From Lama glama (Eukaryota): DNA of 64,000 nucleotides. A model generated the notes under the pieces. It was not told the DNA's origin and made no database searches. It saw only the letters and a program-made list of their open reading frames with translations. This document shows, one piece after another, positions 35,598-48,957 of the stretch (its first letter is position 1; every line of letters begins with the position of its first letter). The stretch lies in the NCBI GenBank assembly GCA_028534125.1, contig CM052817.1, forward strand, positions 86,926,001 to 86,990,000. Reading direction: 5' to 3'. A program made the translations under genes and the position numbers.

Positions 35598-38500
35598 CTC
35601 AAGGAGTTATTGAAGCCTACAGTCTTGGGGTTCTAACCTGTTTAGTATGCAGGTGATCTTCCGGATACAGAACACCAGTGGTTAGCTTTTGCTTTTCAGC
35701 ATGTCAGATGCATTTCAACTCCTTCTGAGTCTGCAATTCCTGTTTTTAATCTGCTGTTTGCTTTGACATAGAAGCAACTGAATTATGTTAGGGTAAATCA
35801 GATCATCAAGTATATTAAATAAATAGCCAAACCTTTACACACAGTTTCTAAATTATGTGTATTTTGTGTCTCTTTTTAAAAATAACCTCAAAATTGTGCT
35901 ATTAGTATTTTATTTACCAGCCCAGAAGATTTTCCACTTATTTTCATGGTTTAGCTATCTGAGGTTTTAGTTAAATTCTGAAATCTTATCCCTGTTTCAG
36001 TAGGCTATTAGTGGTTAAAAAATTAGATACACAGCTATATATTTTTTAAATGAAGGTCTTATGAATTTATTCTTAGGTTTTTCCCATCTTTCACTGTTGG
36101 AATTTCTACTTGGTTTTCATATGAAAGACGAAGTTGTGCATGTCACTAGTAATTGACTTAATAATGTGATACAATGATATTGTTGGTTGTAAATAGGTCT
36201 ATACAGACATAATACCCTTATACTTATAGAAATAACCAATCCCATTCAAGAATTTTCCATGTCTCTACTTTGAAAATTAATGTTAATTTCAACCTTACAG
36301 GAAAGTAACTAATTTGATTTCCTTATAATGTCATTTTGAAGGAAACTACTTGAAATACAAATATCTAAATATCGATAAATATTACCAGCTCCATAATTTT
36401 CAAAGAAATAAAAGGAACCATTCATTCTTTGAAGAAGCATATGGATATCTTGTTAGAATTTAGATACCCGTAGTAATGGTATTTGTCTACGTTAAATGAA
36501 AGATCCTTTGTCTTTATTAAAATAAGATGTAATTGAATGGATTGTCTTCAAAAGGAATTGCAAGGGTACTTCTTTATTACCAATGTGAAGAATGTGATTT
36601 TTCAAATAGTTGTGGAACAAATCACAGGGTTTATATATTAGTGGATTATGATAAAGCATTCCAGAAAATTTGTCAATGATATTATAAACATGAAGAGAAA
36701 TATATGTTAGAGTTCCACTTCCTAAATACATCGCAGTCTAGGATCAGTGCATTTAAAACATAATTCAGTCTCTAGACTTGATTTTAGTATACCCTGGAGG
36801 CAAGGGGGGTTTGTTTGTCAAAAAGAGCCTGGTGTGGTGGCCAAAGTGTTCTGGGTAGGGTCTTGTCCTATTATTTTTTCCCCCTCAGGGAAAATCTGTT
36901 ATACCTACAAGGCATAATTTTTTACATTTCTAGATAAGTTTTGAATACATCCAGTCAGTCTATAGAATTCTATACAAGTACATTGTCATCGTAAGTTTTT
37001 AAAACAATATTTTAACATGAAAGTTTAATTTTTTAGCATTTAAAAAACCAGATATTTAGAATACTGACAATTCTTTTATCTAGAAGATTACCATATACTT
37101 TTAGATATCTTTCTTCAATCAATTCAGAGAACGATAATAATCAAATTGTCTAATTAAAGGAATTAATATACTATACAGGTTTCTGTTATAGATTTCAAAG
37201 TATTCTTAATTAATATAATTAATTAGAGATAAAGATTTCTAAACCAAATAAAATTGAGTTACTATAATTACACCTACCCTGTTAAAAATATTACTGGTAG
37301 CTGGCATGGTCACAGTAACCCATAGAGTAGATATTTCCTGGTGAACCAGTTGTAAATGTACTGTTGCTTTAATAAGAAGGTCATTTGAAATTACACGTAT
37401 ATTTACATGCACACAAACACAGAAAGCTATATAGGAATATCTAAAAGCCTATGGATCCTCTGTCTAGAAGGAACTCGGGGGACTCACTTCCTCATACAGA
37501 GCTTTGCAAGGGTAATGGTATTCTGTTGTACTGTGAACTGTACTTGCAGACAAACAGAAGCAAGGCTGTTAAGTCTTTTAATTAACAACAAAATGTGGTT
37601 TAAAAATAAACTCTGAGCAAGAATAAATTTTGAAATTTTCACAGGTAGTAAATTCAGGGCTTTGCACAGTGCATCAACTCTGCTTTCTCTTGAGGGTAAC
37701 TTCCAGCTGATAAAATTAATTCTTTCTTTGCACACATCATTCTTAGTGAGGAAATGAAGTCCAATACGTTTTTATTCCATGGCCTCAAATTGATATACAG
37801 TCGCTTTGCAATTGAATAATAGCAGTATTGGTAACGAGATTCTTAGGCAAGATGGTGACTATTTAAGGGTGCCAGAGTTGCCATATCTAGAAGGTCTATT
37901 AAGAGAATATTATGCTCAATATGTTTGTCTCCTGTCTTAGAAAGGACCCATTTTACTCATTAATTGATGTATATGTTTTAGTCCACGAAACTACACTTAC
38001 CAATTTCTTATCTCTTAAAATACCCATAGATTTATCTTTTAATTTAATAGACATTTATTAATTGCAAATTATGTTGTGAGCATTGCATACATATATAGAC
38101 TAAACTGAAAATACACACATGGCTTTACTACATATTTCTTACGTGAACAGTCTGAAGGGTTATTTGAGTCATTTATTTCACAAAGTTTGCTCTCTAAAAG
38201 ACTAATCAAATTTACATATGAGAAGCACCTCCTCCAAATAAACTCTTGTTTTCTAGATATATTCTATAATCCCTTAATTCTGTCAAGCTAGAATAAAAAG
38301 GCATACTGCTTGATGACAGGAAAAAAGGAAATTTAACAAGAGGATGGTGTGAACATTATAAAATAAATAGAAGAACTCAAGTTTATGCTGTACTGAGCAA
38401 CTACTATTGGACAGAAAAACAATCTATATCATATTAACAGAAAGCCTTCAGTCTTTATAATTCATGATAAACCACAGAATGTAATCAGTGTTTTTTTTTA

Positions 38501-40858
38501 CCATATATATATTTAAACAATTTTTGTAATTTTTGTGAGGAGGTAAACATTTATAATATGAGCAATATACAACTATATTTTAAAAAATAAAAGCACATAT
38601 AAAGGTGTTCAAGTAGAATATAAAAGATAAAGCAGTGACCCACTTTTAATAGTTAATACATGCTCATTTCTGAACTTTAGGGTTAAACAGAAAAAAAGTC
38701 CTTTAGAGACATTTTTGAAGATTCTCTTCAAAACGGTTCAAGAATAAGACAGAGGAAAGTTAAAAGAATGATTATTCAGCTGGACTGAGCTCTAATGGGG
38801 GCTTGCTTTTAAATGATCTTTCAGTTTATGATATGCTTTCACACGGGGAACAGAGAGCAGGTGCTTCTGACTTCCACAAGGGGAACGGGCTGAAACTCTC
38901 CTACGCTAGATTCACTTGACACACACAGTGTCCTGACCGGGAGGCTCGTTAAACATTTGAATGAGCTCGGAATCCATTACTGATCTCAGCCTCTAGAAGT
39001 TTTTCACTGTAGTGGAGAGTTTCAGTCATCTGGGATATTTGAAGGCTGTTCTTTCTTTTAGCTGCAGAAGTAAATAGATCACTTCACCAGCTTTATTTAT
39101 TATTTGAGCTCCTGTGGTTCACACAGTCATAAAGGATAAAAGGTATTATGCTTCCTGCTCTGTAAATAGAGGAATGTGAATTTTCCAATAATCCAATTGT
39201 CATTTTCATGTATTATACAAAATTATTTTTCACCAGACTATTATTAAGCTATAATATATGAAATAAATGGAAAATCAGTAATGCTGTTTTTCAATTATTT
39301 TTGAGACGTACATGTTTAGAGTCATTCTTAAGTCATTCATCAAAATTTTTAAATGCTCCACAGCTTAATATTATACTTTACAAATTGCCAAAGGCAACAA
39401 CAGGATTCCACAATATAAGGAAAAGTGTGAATCTTGGAACTTTTATTAAAATTGTATGTGTATGCTGAAAATATACATACATAAATGTTAAATATATACA
39501 TATACATATATATGCTAAATTATAAAAAGGTAGGTATTTGAATCTCTTCTCCATTGAGAGTAATTTTTCATCTGTAGTTCAGACAGTAAGATAAACGTCT
39601 TAAATGTAACATTTCTGACTCACCATGAAGAATAAATGCAGTGACTGAATAAACAGAGGTATAAAGGGATACTAATCCTCCTTTTCCTTTTCATTTGACT
39701 GAAAATAGAATATTTCATTCATGTCAAGTGACCAATTCCCTACACCTGCTGATGAATATAGCTAGGGAAAAACGCATTTGTGAAATGGAAAGGAAAAGCA
39801 GAAATTCTCCAACTCTGCTTTGACAACGCCAAAATATGTATGGGCTATCAGAAAGCCTAGAGATTCGACGTATTTGGCCCACACTCTAGCCTGAAACGCT
39901 TCAACAAATGCATAGTTCACACTGTGGAATAATTGTCCCTGGTACAGGCTCTAAAATGTTAGAACATTGATTTCCTTTTATATTTGTGCGCTGCTTCTCC
40001 AACATTAACCCTCACAGCCCCTGAAGAATAATGATTATTCAGTATTTAAACTCACCTCCCAAAAGCCTTGAAACAAAATGTCTGTGGCTGTAATTTTAGT
40101 AATAATATAATATTTTATTTTCTCTGGTTTGTCTAGCAATCCTTAACACTGGGGAAATTGTAGCTTTTCAAATAAAGTAAATCTTCCCCCTCCATTCTAA
40201 TTTGTTATGACTTTCAGTCTCGGTCCTTATTCTTGTCCTATTCAGATTTGCATTTCCTGAATTAAAAGTTAGGTGGGGAGAGGTCAGTTTAATGCAGGGC
40301 AAGTACATTATTCAGACAACTATGGGAATAGATGCACTTTAAATAAAATCATTGCACATGTCACCCTAAGCAGTAATAAAATATACTTTTAAGCTTATGT
40401 TTATATTTCAGTTGTTGAGTTTACTGTAGACTAAGCTTCTGTGTTCCTGTAACTCTGAACCATTTTAATAACACAATTTCTTTCCATATTTTGATCAAAT
40501 CAAACGAACATACTATCTATGCTAATAGCTTTTCTCATAAATCATCTTTTAACTTAATTAGAAATATTTTACTGATTTAAACATGTGTTAGGTTGACTTA
40601 TTTCTGCATTTATACTAAGATGCAGCTTTTCAGTATATTCATTTTTCACTCAGTGAATTAGTTTATAGGTTGAGTATGGGTCACACCTGAATCTCTTTTG
40701 TTTCTGAAATACTAGAATGATGTTTCCTATAAATCAGTATTTTCTTTTCTTTCCTTTTTTTGATTGTTCAATCAGTATTTTCTGATTTATATTGCTTAAG
40801 AAAAAACTTCAACCTGCAAGTAATATCTCTAACTTATTTTGAGAAGTAATATTACGTA

Positions 40859-40983
40859 TAGGGTGATGATATTTTCTGGGTTGTCCAGAAAAGCACAAGA
40901 TTATGTCTCGCATCATTGTTAATAGTGCTCCCTCTCAGTCACGTAGTTGTTCAGTTTAGACAGTATATTTTTTGGTGATCATA
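40859..40983 (-). mobile_element. MER94-like hAT-Blackjack DNA transposon
   Basis: Termini tagggtga... and ...tggtgatcata (degenerate TAGGGTGACCA TIR). Internal ttaatagtgctccctctca...gtttagaca matches the reversed MER94 body. Confidence 0.7.
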
Positions 40984-42577
40984 ATTATTGTTCCATTTCA
41001 TTTTATAAATCTGAATTTCTATGATGGCTAAATATTTTGATTTACTGAAGAATTTTAAATCTTAATTGCTATAAGGAAAATAAAAATTATTTATCAAGAT
41101 TTTCATGGAGCAGAAAGTTTGAATTCAAGGGCAAAGGAAAATAGGATTTGATTCTTTTACAAGAGTGACGTTTCTATTTGCTTGCAGAATATTCTCTGTA
41201 GCATTATGACCAGGTAAGTTGTAATAGCTACCATGTAGTCCCTTGTAGCAAACTCATTTTATAATTCTTGATATTATAAAGCAAATTATGTTTTGATTAT
41301 TTTCAATACTGGTCACCACACAGACCATGTATATATTCGTTTTCACTTAGATTTCTGTTAGTCAGTGGAGGTACCTGACTTTTACAATTTTAATTGTTGT
41401 GTTTCTGCTAAAAGGTGAACTGATGAAGGAATGCTTAATGGTCTGGTCAGAAACTGAGTTAATTAGAGAAAAAATTAAGAAAAATATATACCTAGAAAAT
41501 CTACTTGAAATGAGTGGAAGTACCATAGGAGAGGGATTGAAATGATCACTATGTTCTTAAGCTAAAATAAAAAAGCCACTATGCACTGGATGGAAACAAT
41601 TAAGTTATGCTATTTAGGGTAGTTCTTATTTTTAATGAAATACACATATATGTGATTTTTAAAAGATCACAACTGAACTATCTTGATTTTTAGCACATTT
41701 GTATTATACATCTCTTTCGTGCCAAATACTGAACTAGAAGATGCAGCTTCCTTCATGTGTACATAGGCAGATATTACAGAAATTACAAAGATTATGAATA
41801 GGTGGGAAGAAATATCCTTTACCACTATAAATACATAAAATATTTAAAACCATAAATTCCAAATGATTGAATTTGGACATTCTGCTTCATGATTCAATAT
41901 GTTTTATAAGACTGGACCAAATTCAATAATACCTTTTACTACCCTTCACCTGTTTCCTCTTTAGGAAAAAAAACAAGTTCCTTTTGGGGAGAAATCTATT
42001 TTTAAAAAAAATTATAGGCCATAAAAAATTCAGTTTTTATATAATTCTAAAAAATAGATAAAATAAACCCATAAAATGTTAACCATTCTTTAATTTTTTA
42101 ACTACATTAACACTTTCTGGCACAGTTTTCTCTATTATATATAGATTAAATATAATTAATTTAAAGTTTATTAAATTAAATCTATAACCAGTAATTCATA
42201 GATATTCTAAAGACTTATTCCAGAAATGTAAGGGCCAAAGATTTTTCTTCTACTCTGATTGTTCATAAGTAGTGAAGTAGGGATTGATTTTAAAAAGTTG
42301 ATCTTCACATAATTGTTGTTCGATGTATAAAGTGCGCATTTCCCACGCAAAAGCAATTTGCATAAATGTCAAAATTGTCATTTTGAGAAAGCCGAACAAC
42401 AGAATGACTCTGACTATTAGAAACCAAGGTGACACGAAATATTTCGCCACTACGTGGGTCTGGTACGGACAGACAACTTGTCTCCACTGTATTTGCTTCT
42501 TTTACAAAAATGTGTCCTTCTAAACAGCAAAAGTCAGGCTCTTTTTCTTAGAGTATTTTTTTTTTTCTTTTTCACAG

Positions 42578-42597
42578 CACGGAAAAGGATATGCTAG
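42578..42597 (+). CDS. PCDH10: PCDH10 terminal coding exon 5 (20 coding nt; T-RKRIC-stop)
   Basis: Long poly-T tract + cacag acceptor ending 42577, then CA CGG AAA AGG ATA TGC TAG. Joined CDS is 3120 nt (divisible by 3) and gives the recognised PCDH10 C-terminus YLTRKRIC. Confidence 0.92.
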
Positions 42598-43300
42598 TCA
42601 ATTCTACAGGACTTACCTGAAGCAGCATGATTTGCACAAAGTCGACCAACAAAAGCATCAACTTTTCAACTTCATTATCTTGGCCATCCAGTTAGTTGTG
42701 TGTAACTGAGTATCAGATTGCCGACGGAGTCATCGTGGCCAATTATAGGACCCAATTGCTCTCAGCAGGCCTGAGAAATGAGTTGAAACGTGCAGAACTG
42801 TAGAAACTTTAGGCAACTGATTTTGCCTCTCCGATCAGTGTGTGCCTGTTTACAGGACTATATATCTTTCTCTCTCCAAATGTCACTGAGCCCTTTCGAT
42901 GTTTATATTCACCACGAGAAGCCAGTCGTAAAGATAAAGGAAATTTGTGCATTATAAATGCAATATCACTGTTTTAAACTTGACTGTTTTATATTATTTT
43001 TGTGTGATCAAGTGTTCCCCAAACTATTCCAACTTTACAAGAGAGATTGTGATTATGTTCTTTTCACCTGTGGGCTATAAAACATGTTGTATTCTGAAGA
43101 CCCACAAAATATCAAAGACATTCTGTAGTTTATACACCGTGTTGCAAAGTGTTTACTGTACGATTTCAAAGCTTCTAAATAAATATAAAATATATATATA
43201 TTATATTATATAATTTTCCTAAAATGTGGTACAACTCAGTTGGTTTTTAAATGGATTCATACAGTCCACATCATACAATAAAGTGAAAGGTAATTCAGGG
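42598..43300 (+). other. PCDH10: PCDH10 proximal 3' UTR with poly(A) signals (end approximate; longer UTR possible)
   Basis: Follows the stop codon. AATAAA at 43178-43183 and 43277-43282. Confidence 0.65.
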
Positions 43301-46300
43301 TCCCAAAGATAAACTTACTAAGAAAAAAACAATCATTAACAGTTTCCTCTCAGTTTTCATCTCTTATTCAACCCTGTTTTTCCTTGTTTAAAAGAAAACG
43401 AAGCTCTAAGCTACAAAATTTTGTCAAGAACTCATACTGAATTTTCAATGCCAAAGATATAGCTGTCGACGTTATCACAGGAGCACTGAATATGTACTAT
43501 CAAAATATCTAACAATCTACGTTGTTTCGATTCTATTTCTATGGCTTTGAATTTAGAGTCATTTAAAGCTTTTATAAGGAATCTATAAACTCACCTGTAT
43601 TTGTTGCTAGGAAAAAAAGAAACACTGGGTGTCTGTACATTTTGTGGTGTAAAATATGTAACTGAAAATTACTATTTTAAGAAGTCCTCAAACATGTCAC
43701 TCACACAGAATTTTATTTTACGTAGTTTTACATAGTTTTGTGACTTCTAATAACTCATGCATATAAAAATCTATAACTCTATATGAATATATAGAGACAT
43801 AAATATTTGAACTGGTAAAGAATAACTATAAGATATAAAGGATCTCTAAATTTAAAACAAATTAAATAAATTTGGAGATAGAAACATGGTACATTACTGC
43901 TTCAGTATTATGTGTGGAAATTTTATAGCTTAAATGTAGTCAGTGTCTTATTAAGGAGAAAATTCTTCATGAGTCAGACTTGAAAAGTGAAGCTTGCCCT
44001 TTTCCTTTATGTCAACAAAGTTAATTATTAAATTCAGTAAGATGAATTTTCCTTCCTTTTACATATTCTCCTTTTTGCAGACTGTTATTTACTGCTTGTT
44101 GAAATACAATTTAGACAGGGAAAAATCAGATTGTGAGATAATCTTCTAAGCAAAACCCAGATTTGTCACAGCTCTCCTCTAAAAACCCCTTCAACGTATC
44201 TAAATGTTTGCCCAACTCAAATTACAGGCTGATTTTGAAATATTTCCCTTAATTTTTAACTTATGTTCAATGATAGTTTGAGCCATGCTATGTTATTGAA
44301 GAACAGACTAAAACTTAACACATAGCGAATGTTTTCCACCTAATTTTATGCCATTTAAGTGGGAATATGTTCCTAGATTTAACATTAAAATGCATACATA
44401 TATTCCTAGGACCTCGATGTGTATATTTGAGTGATACCTTGGTATCACTTATCTGACTTATCAAAATAGGTATTAATATGTCATTATCCCAGTCAATTTA
44501 TGTATCAGCATATGTGTAATGTTCCAGTCTTTTGGGGACCCTTTAAAAATAAATGATGCTAATCCGTCATGAATGACACAGAAAGCACATACCTTCACTA
44601 GGTGCAGCAGTAAAATTTTCTCAAACTTTTGGCATTACTACATTCGTATTTTGAATGATGGACTAATTTAGTAACGAGATGTTTTTATATAATTTAACTG
44701 GGAAAAAAGTCTATTTGTTGCAATTACTTTTCAAACAAGAAACTTATTTTCTTGTTGAGTCACTCTGCTTTAATTAAAACTTTTCACTCATCATTTTACA
44801 ATTATGGGGGGAAAACCCACTTCCACCTGCCTTCTTACATGCATTGAAAATAAGGTTATACTCACTTCATATGTAATAGCTATATTAATTCATTTGACTT
44901 AAAGAAATTTGCTTAGTAAATTAGTCTTTTATATGATTGTAATTTCCATTGAACGAGCGTCTCATACCATATATTTATGTATTCTTTTTTAATATATTCT
45001 AGTAACCAGTTATATTAATTTACATTTTAGTTCTTAAATATTATCATCAATCTACAAAAACAGATAACAACAAAATAGAATTACTTAAATCTAAAATACT
45101 AATGATTTTAGGACAAATAGAATCTGTGGGACAAAGAATTATTTAAACATAAAATACTCAATAATTAGGTTATTAGTCAACTATCTATTTTATTGATAAT
45201 AAATCAGAAGTTACAACAGAGTAAGAATATGATTTTATTAAATTGGCTAAAATGTTATCTACCAATGCAGGGGCCTGTAGGATGGAAAGATGCAACCAAA
45301 CAATAATGAAGTTCTACTTAGTCTACTCATCTTAATAGTCAACCTTCCATAATTTTATGCATATCAAAGAAAAATAATATCCAAATTATTAGGCAGTATT
45401 TCATCAGTTAATTTTTTCAGAAAAGAATAATCATGACATTTACTCCTTGTTAAGATGGTTAGTTTTAGAGTAGTAAAAAGTGAAAATGTTTTCCTGTGGA
45501 AACAGTGTCTTGATGTTTCAAAGGTATGTCAAATGACAATTCTTAGAAATATTTCATCCATATGTAAAATTCTAATTTTTAACTTGTGAACAAAATTTTT
45601 TGAAATCAAATACTTAAATACCACATCAGAACTACTTTACAGATATAATGATGTCTGATCATGATAAGTGTATCATCTTTCTAGAGAAATACTAAGGAAA
45701 TATGTACATTTTATTTTATGAAGATATTAAATGCAATGCCTTTATCAAACATTGCAAGTTAAGTGCTACAGTAGAGGATTTAAATATTTTAATTACTTTT
45801 TCCTCCTGTTTCATTCCCTAATAGTGTTATAATTTGCTCTCAGATCTTTTGAATTGTAGAAACCCTCCTGTATCTTCCGTAAAAGGAGGAAAGGAAATCC
45901 TCACAGTTCTTGACATCAACTTTAATAACTGTGCATTAATGGTACCATTTTACCTTCCAAATGTTATTTACTGGAGTAAAGTTCATCTTTAATATAATTA
46001 TTCAGTCAGAATGTTGCAAATGTTAAGCAGGATAAAGAAAATTATTCATGTTACTGACTGATAATAGCACTGTTATTTGTCACTGCATGTGTTTTTTTTC
46101 TCCCCTTCATATTTCTACATGTGAGTTTAATACCCAAGGAATTCAAAAATACTGAAAACACTGGTAGACTTGAGATTTTTTCTGAAAATCTTCTATTTTT
46201 CATATTGCAGTTTCTTGGGTTCTTTATCTTTTTCAATTCTAATTTTGTAGTGGTAAAGGCTTTGCACTTAACATCCTTTTTATGTTCCTTTTTAACAAGG

Positions 46301-47917
46301 AAAAACAGAAAATGACAAAATCCATATTTTTTATGCCATGGAGTAGTAAAATTATTTTATATATTGTTAGTGTTTCAAGGAATAGCCCTCTGCTAGGTCA
46401 AACAAAATCCTTATACAGTAATTTGTGAAACTACTGTTCGGTAGAGTATTTTTGTTTTTCCTTCTAAAACTTGGTATAGGTTTTAGATTATAGCGTTCTA
46501 TAAGAATGCCGGTAGATGGATGCCGCCAGAGTATTGCAGGCAATAATATGATTAAAATTCTAATCCCTTTAGTGTGCATGCATGTATTTCTAACCACTGC
46601 TATTTTTTAAGTATTTGTAAAATTAGAAAAATGGCTTTTATTTCTTGAAAACTTGTCACATGTTGAGTTTGAAGTTTTACACTCCAGATGTTTTTGAGTT
46701 GCATGAAAATGTTGCATTAAGGGTGCAAAAAAATGAAATTTTCACATGAGACTCAAAAATTTCTGAATGATAGAACTCAGACTTCCAATACAACCATACA
46801 TCCTTGAGCTGAAAGTAAGCAGGGGGTTCGGCTCTAAACACATTTTTTTGAGACAGTTATCTGTGAGTGAAAACAGGGTATTATAACAAAAGATGAGTTT
46901 AAATCTTAACTATAGTGTTTGTTACTGTGAATGCTATAATACTACATAAGTAAAATGAGTGTAAATGTAATATATTATTTTATACTGCTGTATACATATG
47001 AACTCAATAAACTAGGATACATATTATGCCATTTTTCCATGCATGGATCTTCCACTGACGCCTGTGGGAGCTTTGAATAAAAATCAGTGGCAAAATATGG
47101 CCCTAAGTTTAAAAACAACTAATGCCGATTTAGTAATTTTAGTCTTAATATAACAGGTCTAAGGGGACATCTGTTCAAAACTGAGTCTCATTTGAAGCAA
47201 CATATGCTAGGTTGAAAGGATTTCACTGTATTTATAGTTTTGAAAGCAGGCATTTAGTTCCATATGATTCTCATGATACCCACAATGAATATTTTAAATA
47301 TATATTTTTTCCACCTGATGTTATATTTTCTTTTTAATTTTTAAGTCATAGTAATAGCAAGGGTCCACAAGGATAAATACAGAGATTGTATATAGCATTT
47401 GAGTGCCTTCAAACAGTAAAAAAAAAAAAAATTATTTAAAATTTTAAAAACAAACTGTTTCATTTTTAAAGTTGATGGAAACTTTAAAAAAAAATCACAT
47501 GGGTATCATTTTCCAAGAAGATATGAATTAAGGTATCGACTTTTCTATGATGTAAAAATAATCTGAAGGAGTCTTACAGAAATTTACTTTCTGAAATAGC
47601 TAAAAGTAGTAGAAGAAATGTATGCTTGTTAATCTCATGTGTGGTTTGTATAATTTATTTTCTTGAGTTCAAACTACACATATCTGGACAGAGTTTCATT
47701 TTATGAAGCAAAAGGGAGAAGATTAGGTCTTCGAACATTTAATAAAGCCAACCCTATGGTGGAAAACAAGTGAATAAAATATACAGGAATGATAGTCCTC
47801 TTACTAGTATCTTTTCTGAGAATCATATCATGAACTCTTCTATTTAAACAAGATTATGAATTTTCAGAGGTAAAATTAAATTTTATTAAATTACAAACAT
47901 ACATTAAGATTTGACAA

Positions 47918-48417
47918 NNNNNNNNNNNNNNNNNNNNNNNNNNNNNNNNNNNNNNNNNNNNNNNNNNNNNNNNNNNNNNNNNNNNNNNNNNNNNNNNNNN
48001 NNNNNNNNNNNNNNNNNNNNNNNNNNNNNNNNNNNNNNNNNNNNNNNNNNNNNNNNNNNNNNNNNNNNNNNNNNNNNNNNNNNNNNNNNNNNNNNNNNNN
48101 NNNNNNNNNNNNNNNNNNNNNNNNNNNNNNNNNNNNNNNNNNNNNNNNNNNNNNNNNNNNNNNNNNNNNNNNNNNNNNNNNNNNNNNNNNNNNNNNNNNN
48201 NNNNNNNNNNNNNNNNNNNNNNNNNNNNNNNNNNNNNNNNNNNNNNNNNNNNNNNNNNNNNNNNNNNNNNNNNNNNNNNNNNNNNNNNNNNNNNNNNNNN
48301 NNNNNNNNNNNNNNNNNNNNNNNNNNNNNNNNNNNNNNNNNNNNNNNNNNNNNNNNNNNNNNNNNNNNNNNNNNNNNNNNNNNNNNNNNNNNNNNNNNNN
48401 NNNNNNNNNNNNNNNNN
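47918..48417. other. Assembly gap (500 N)
   Basis: Run of exactly 500 N. The round number suggests a scaffolding placeholder of unknown true size. Confidence 1.
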
Positions 48418-48934
48418 CTTTGTCATGAAAAATAGGATTTAAATTTATCAGCTAAAATAAGGAAGTTCATATTAATCTTGGACTAAATTAACATGTCTAA
48501 GGGAACATTTATCGTTTAAAGAAAATTTATTAATCCATGTAAAAATGTCTATTGAGAAAATTGTGTAGATGAAGATACTTTTTATCTTATTTCTCTTAAG
48601 TTATGTACTTTTGAGAACAGCTCATAATCACTGGGCAACTCCTCAACCAGTCAACCTAGGAGGAAGGGACATTTCATTAGCATTGCCATCACCTAATCTG
48701 GAACACAATCCCCATTCCCTCCCTCCCCTTGCCAGTGCGAGTGACTCTTCTTTAATTATGACAAAGGGAAGAAAACAATTGTCAACATGGTGAATTGCAT
48801 AAACCTGAAATTCTGAATTTTATTCTAAAAGTGTGAGATTTCTGTCATGCTCAGTTGTATTTCCTAATTAATAATGGAGTGTACAACCGCTTTCTAAGTT
48901 TTCTGGCAATTATTTCTCTCAAAAAATGATATCC

Positions 48935-48957
48935 GTGTGTGTGTGTGTGTGTGTGTG
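48935..48957. repeat. (GT)n microsatellite
   Basis: About 11 GT units. Confidence 0.95.

Noticed and set aside
42552..42709. Second AG at 42550-42551 and a 43-codon alternative frame of exon 5 (HGKGYASQ...VCN)
   Set aside because: The frame from the upstream AG depends on a slippage-prone poly-T length, the ORF length is compatible with chance, and there is no transcript evidence.
47854..48435. ORFs of 174 and 190 aa
   Set aside because: Artefacts of the 500-N gap.
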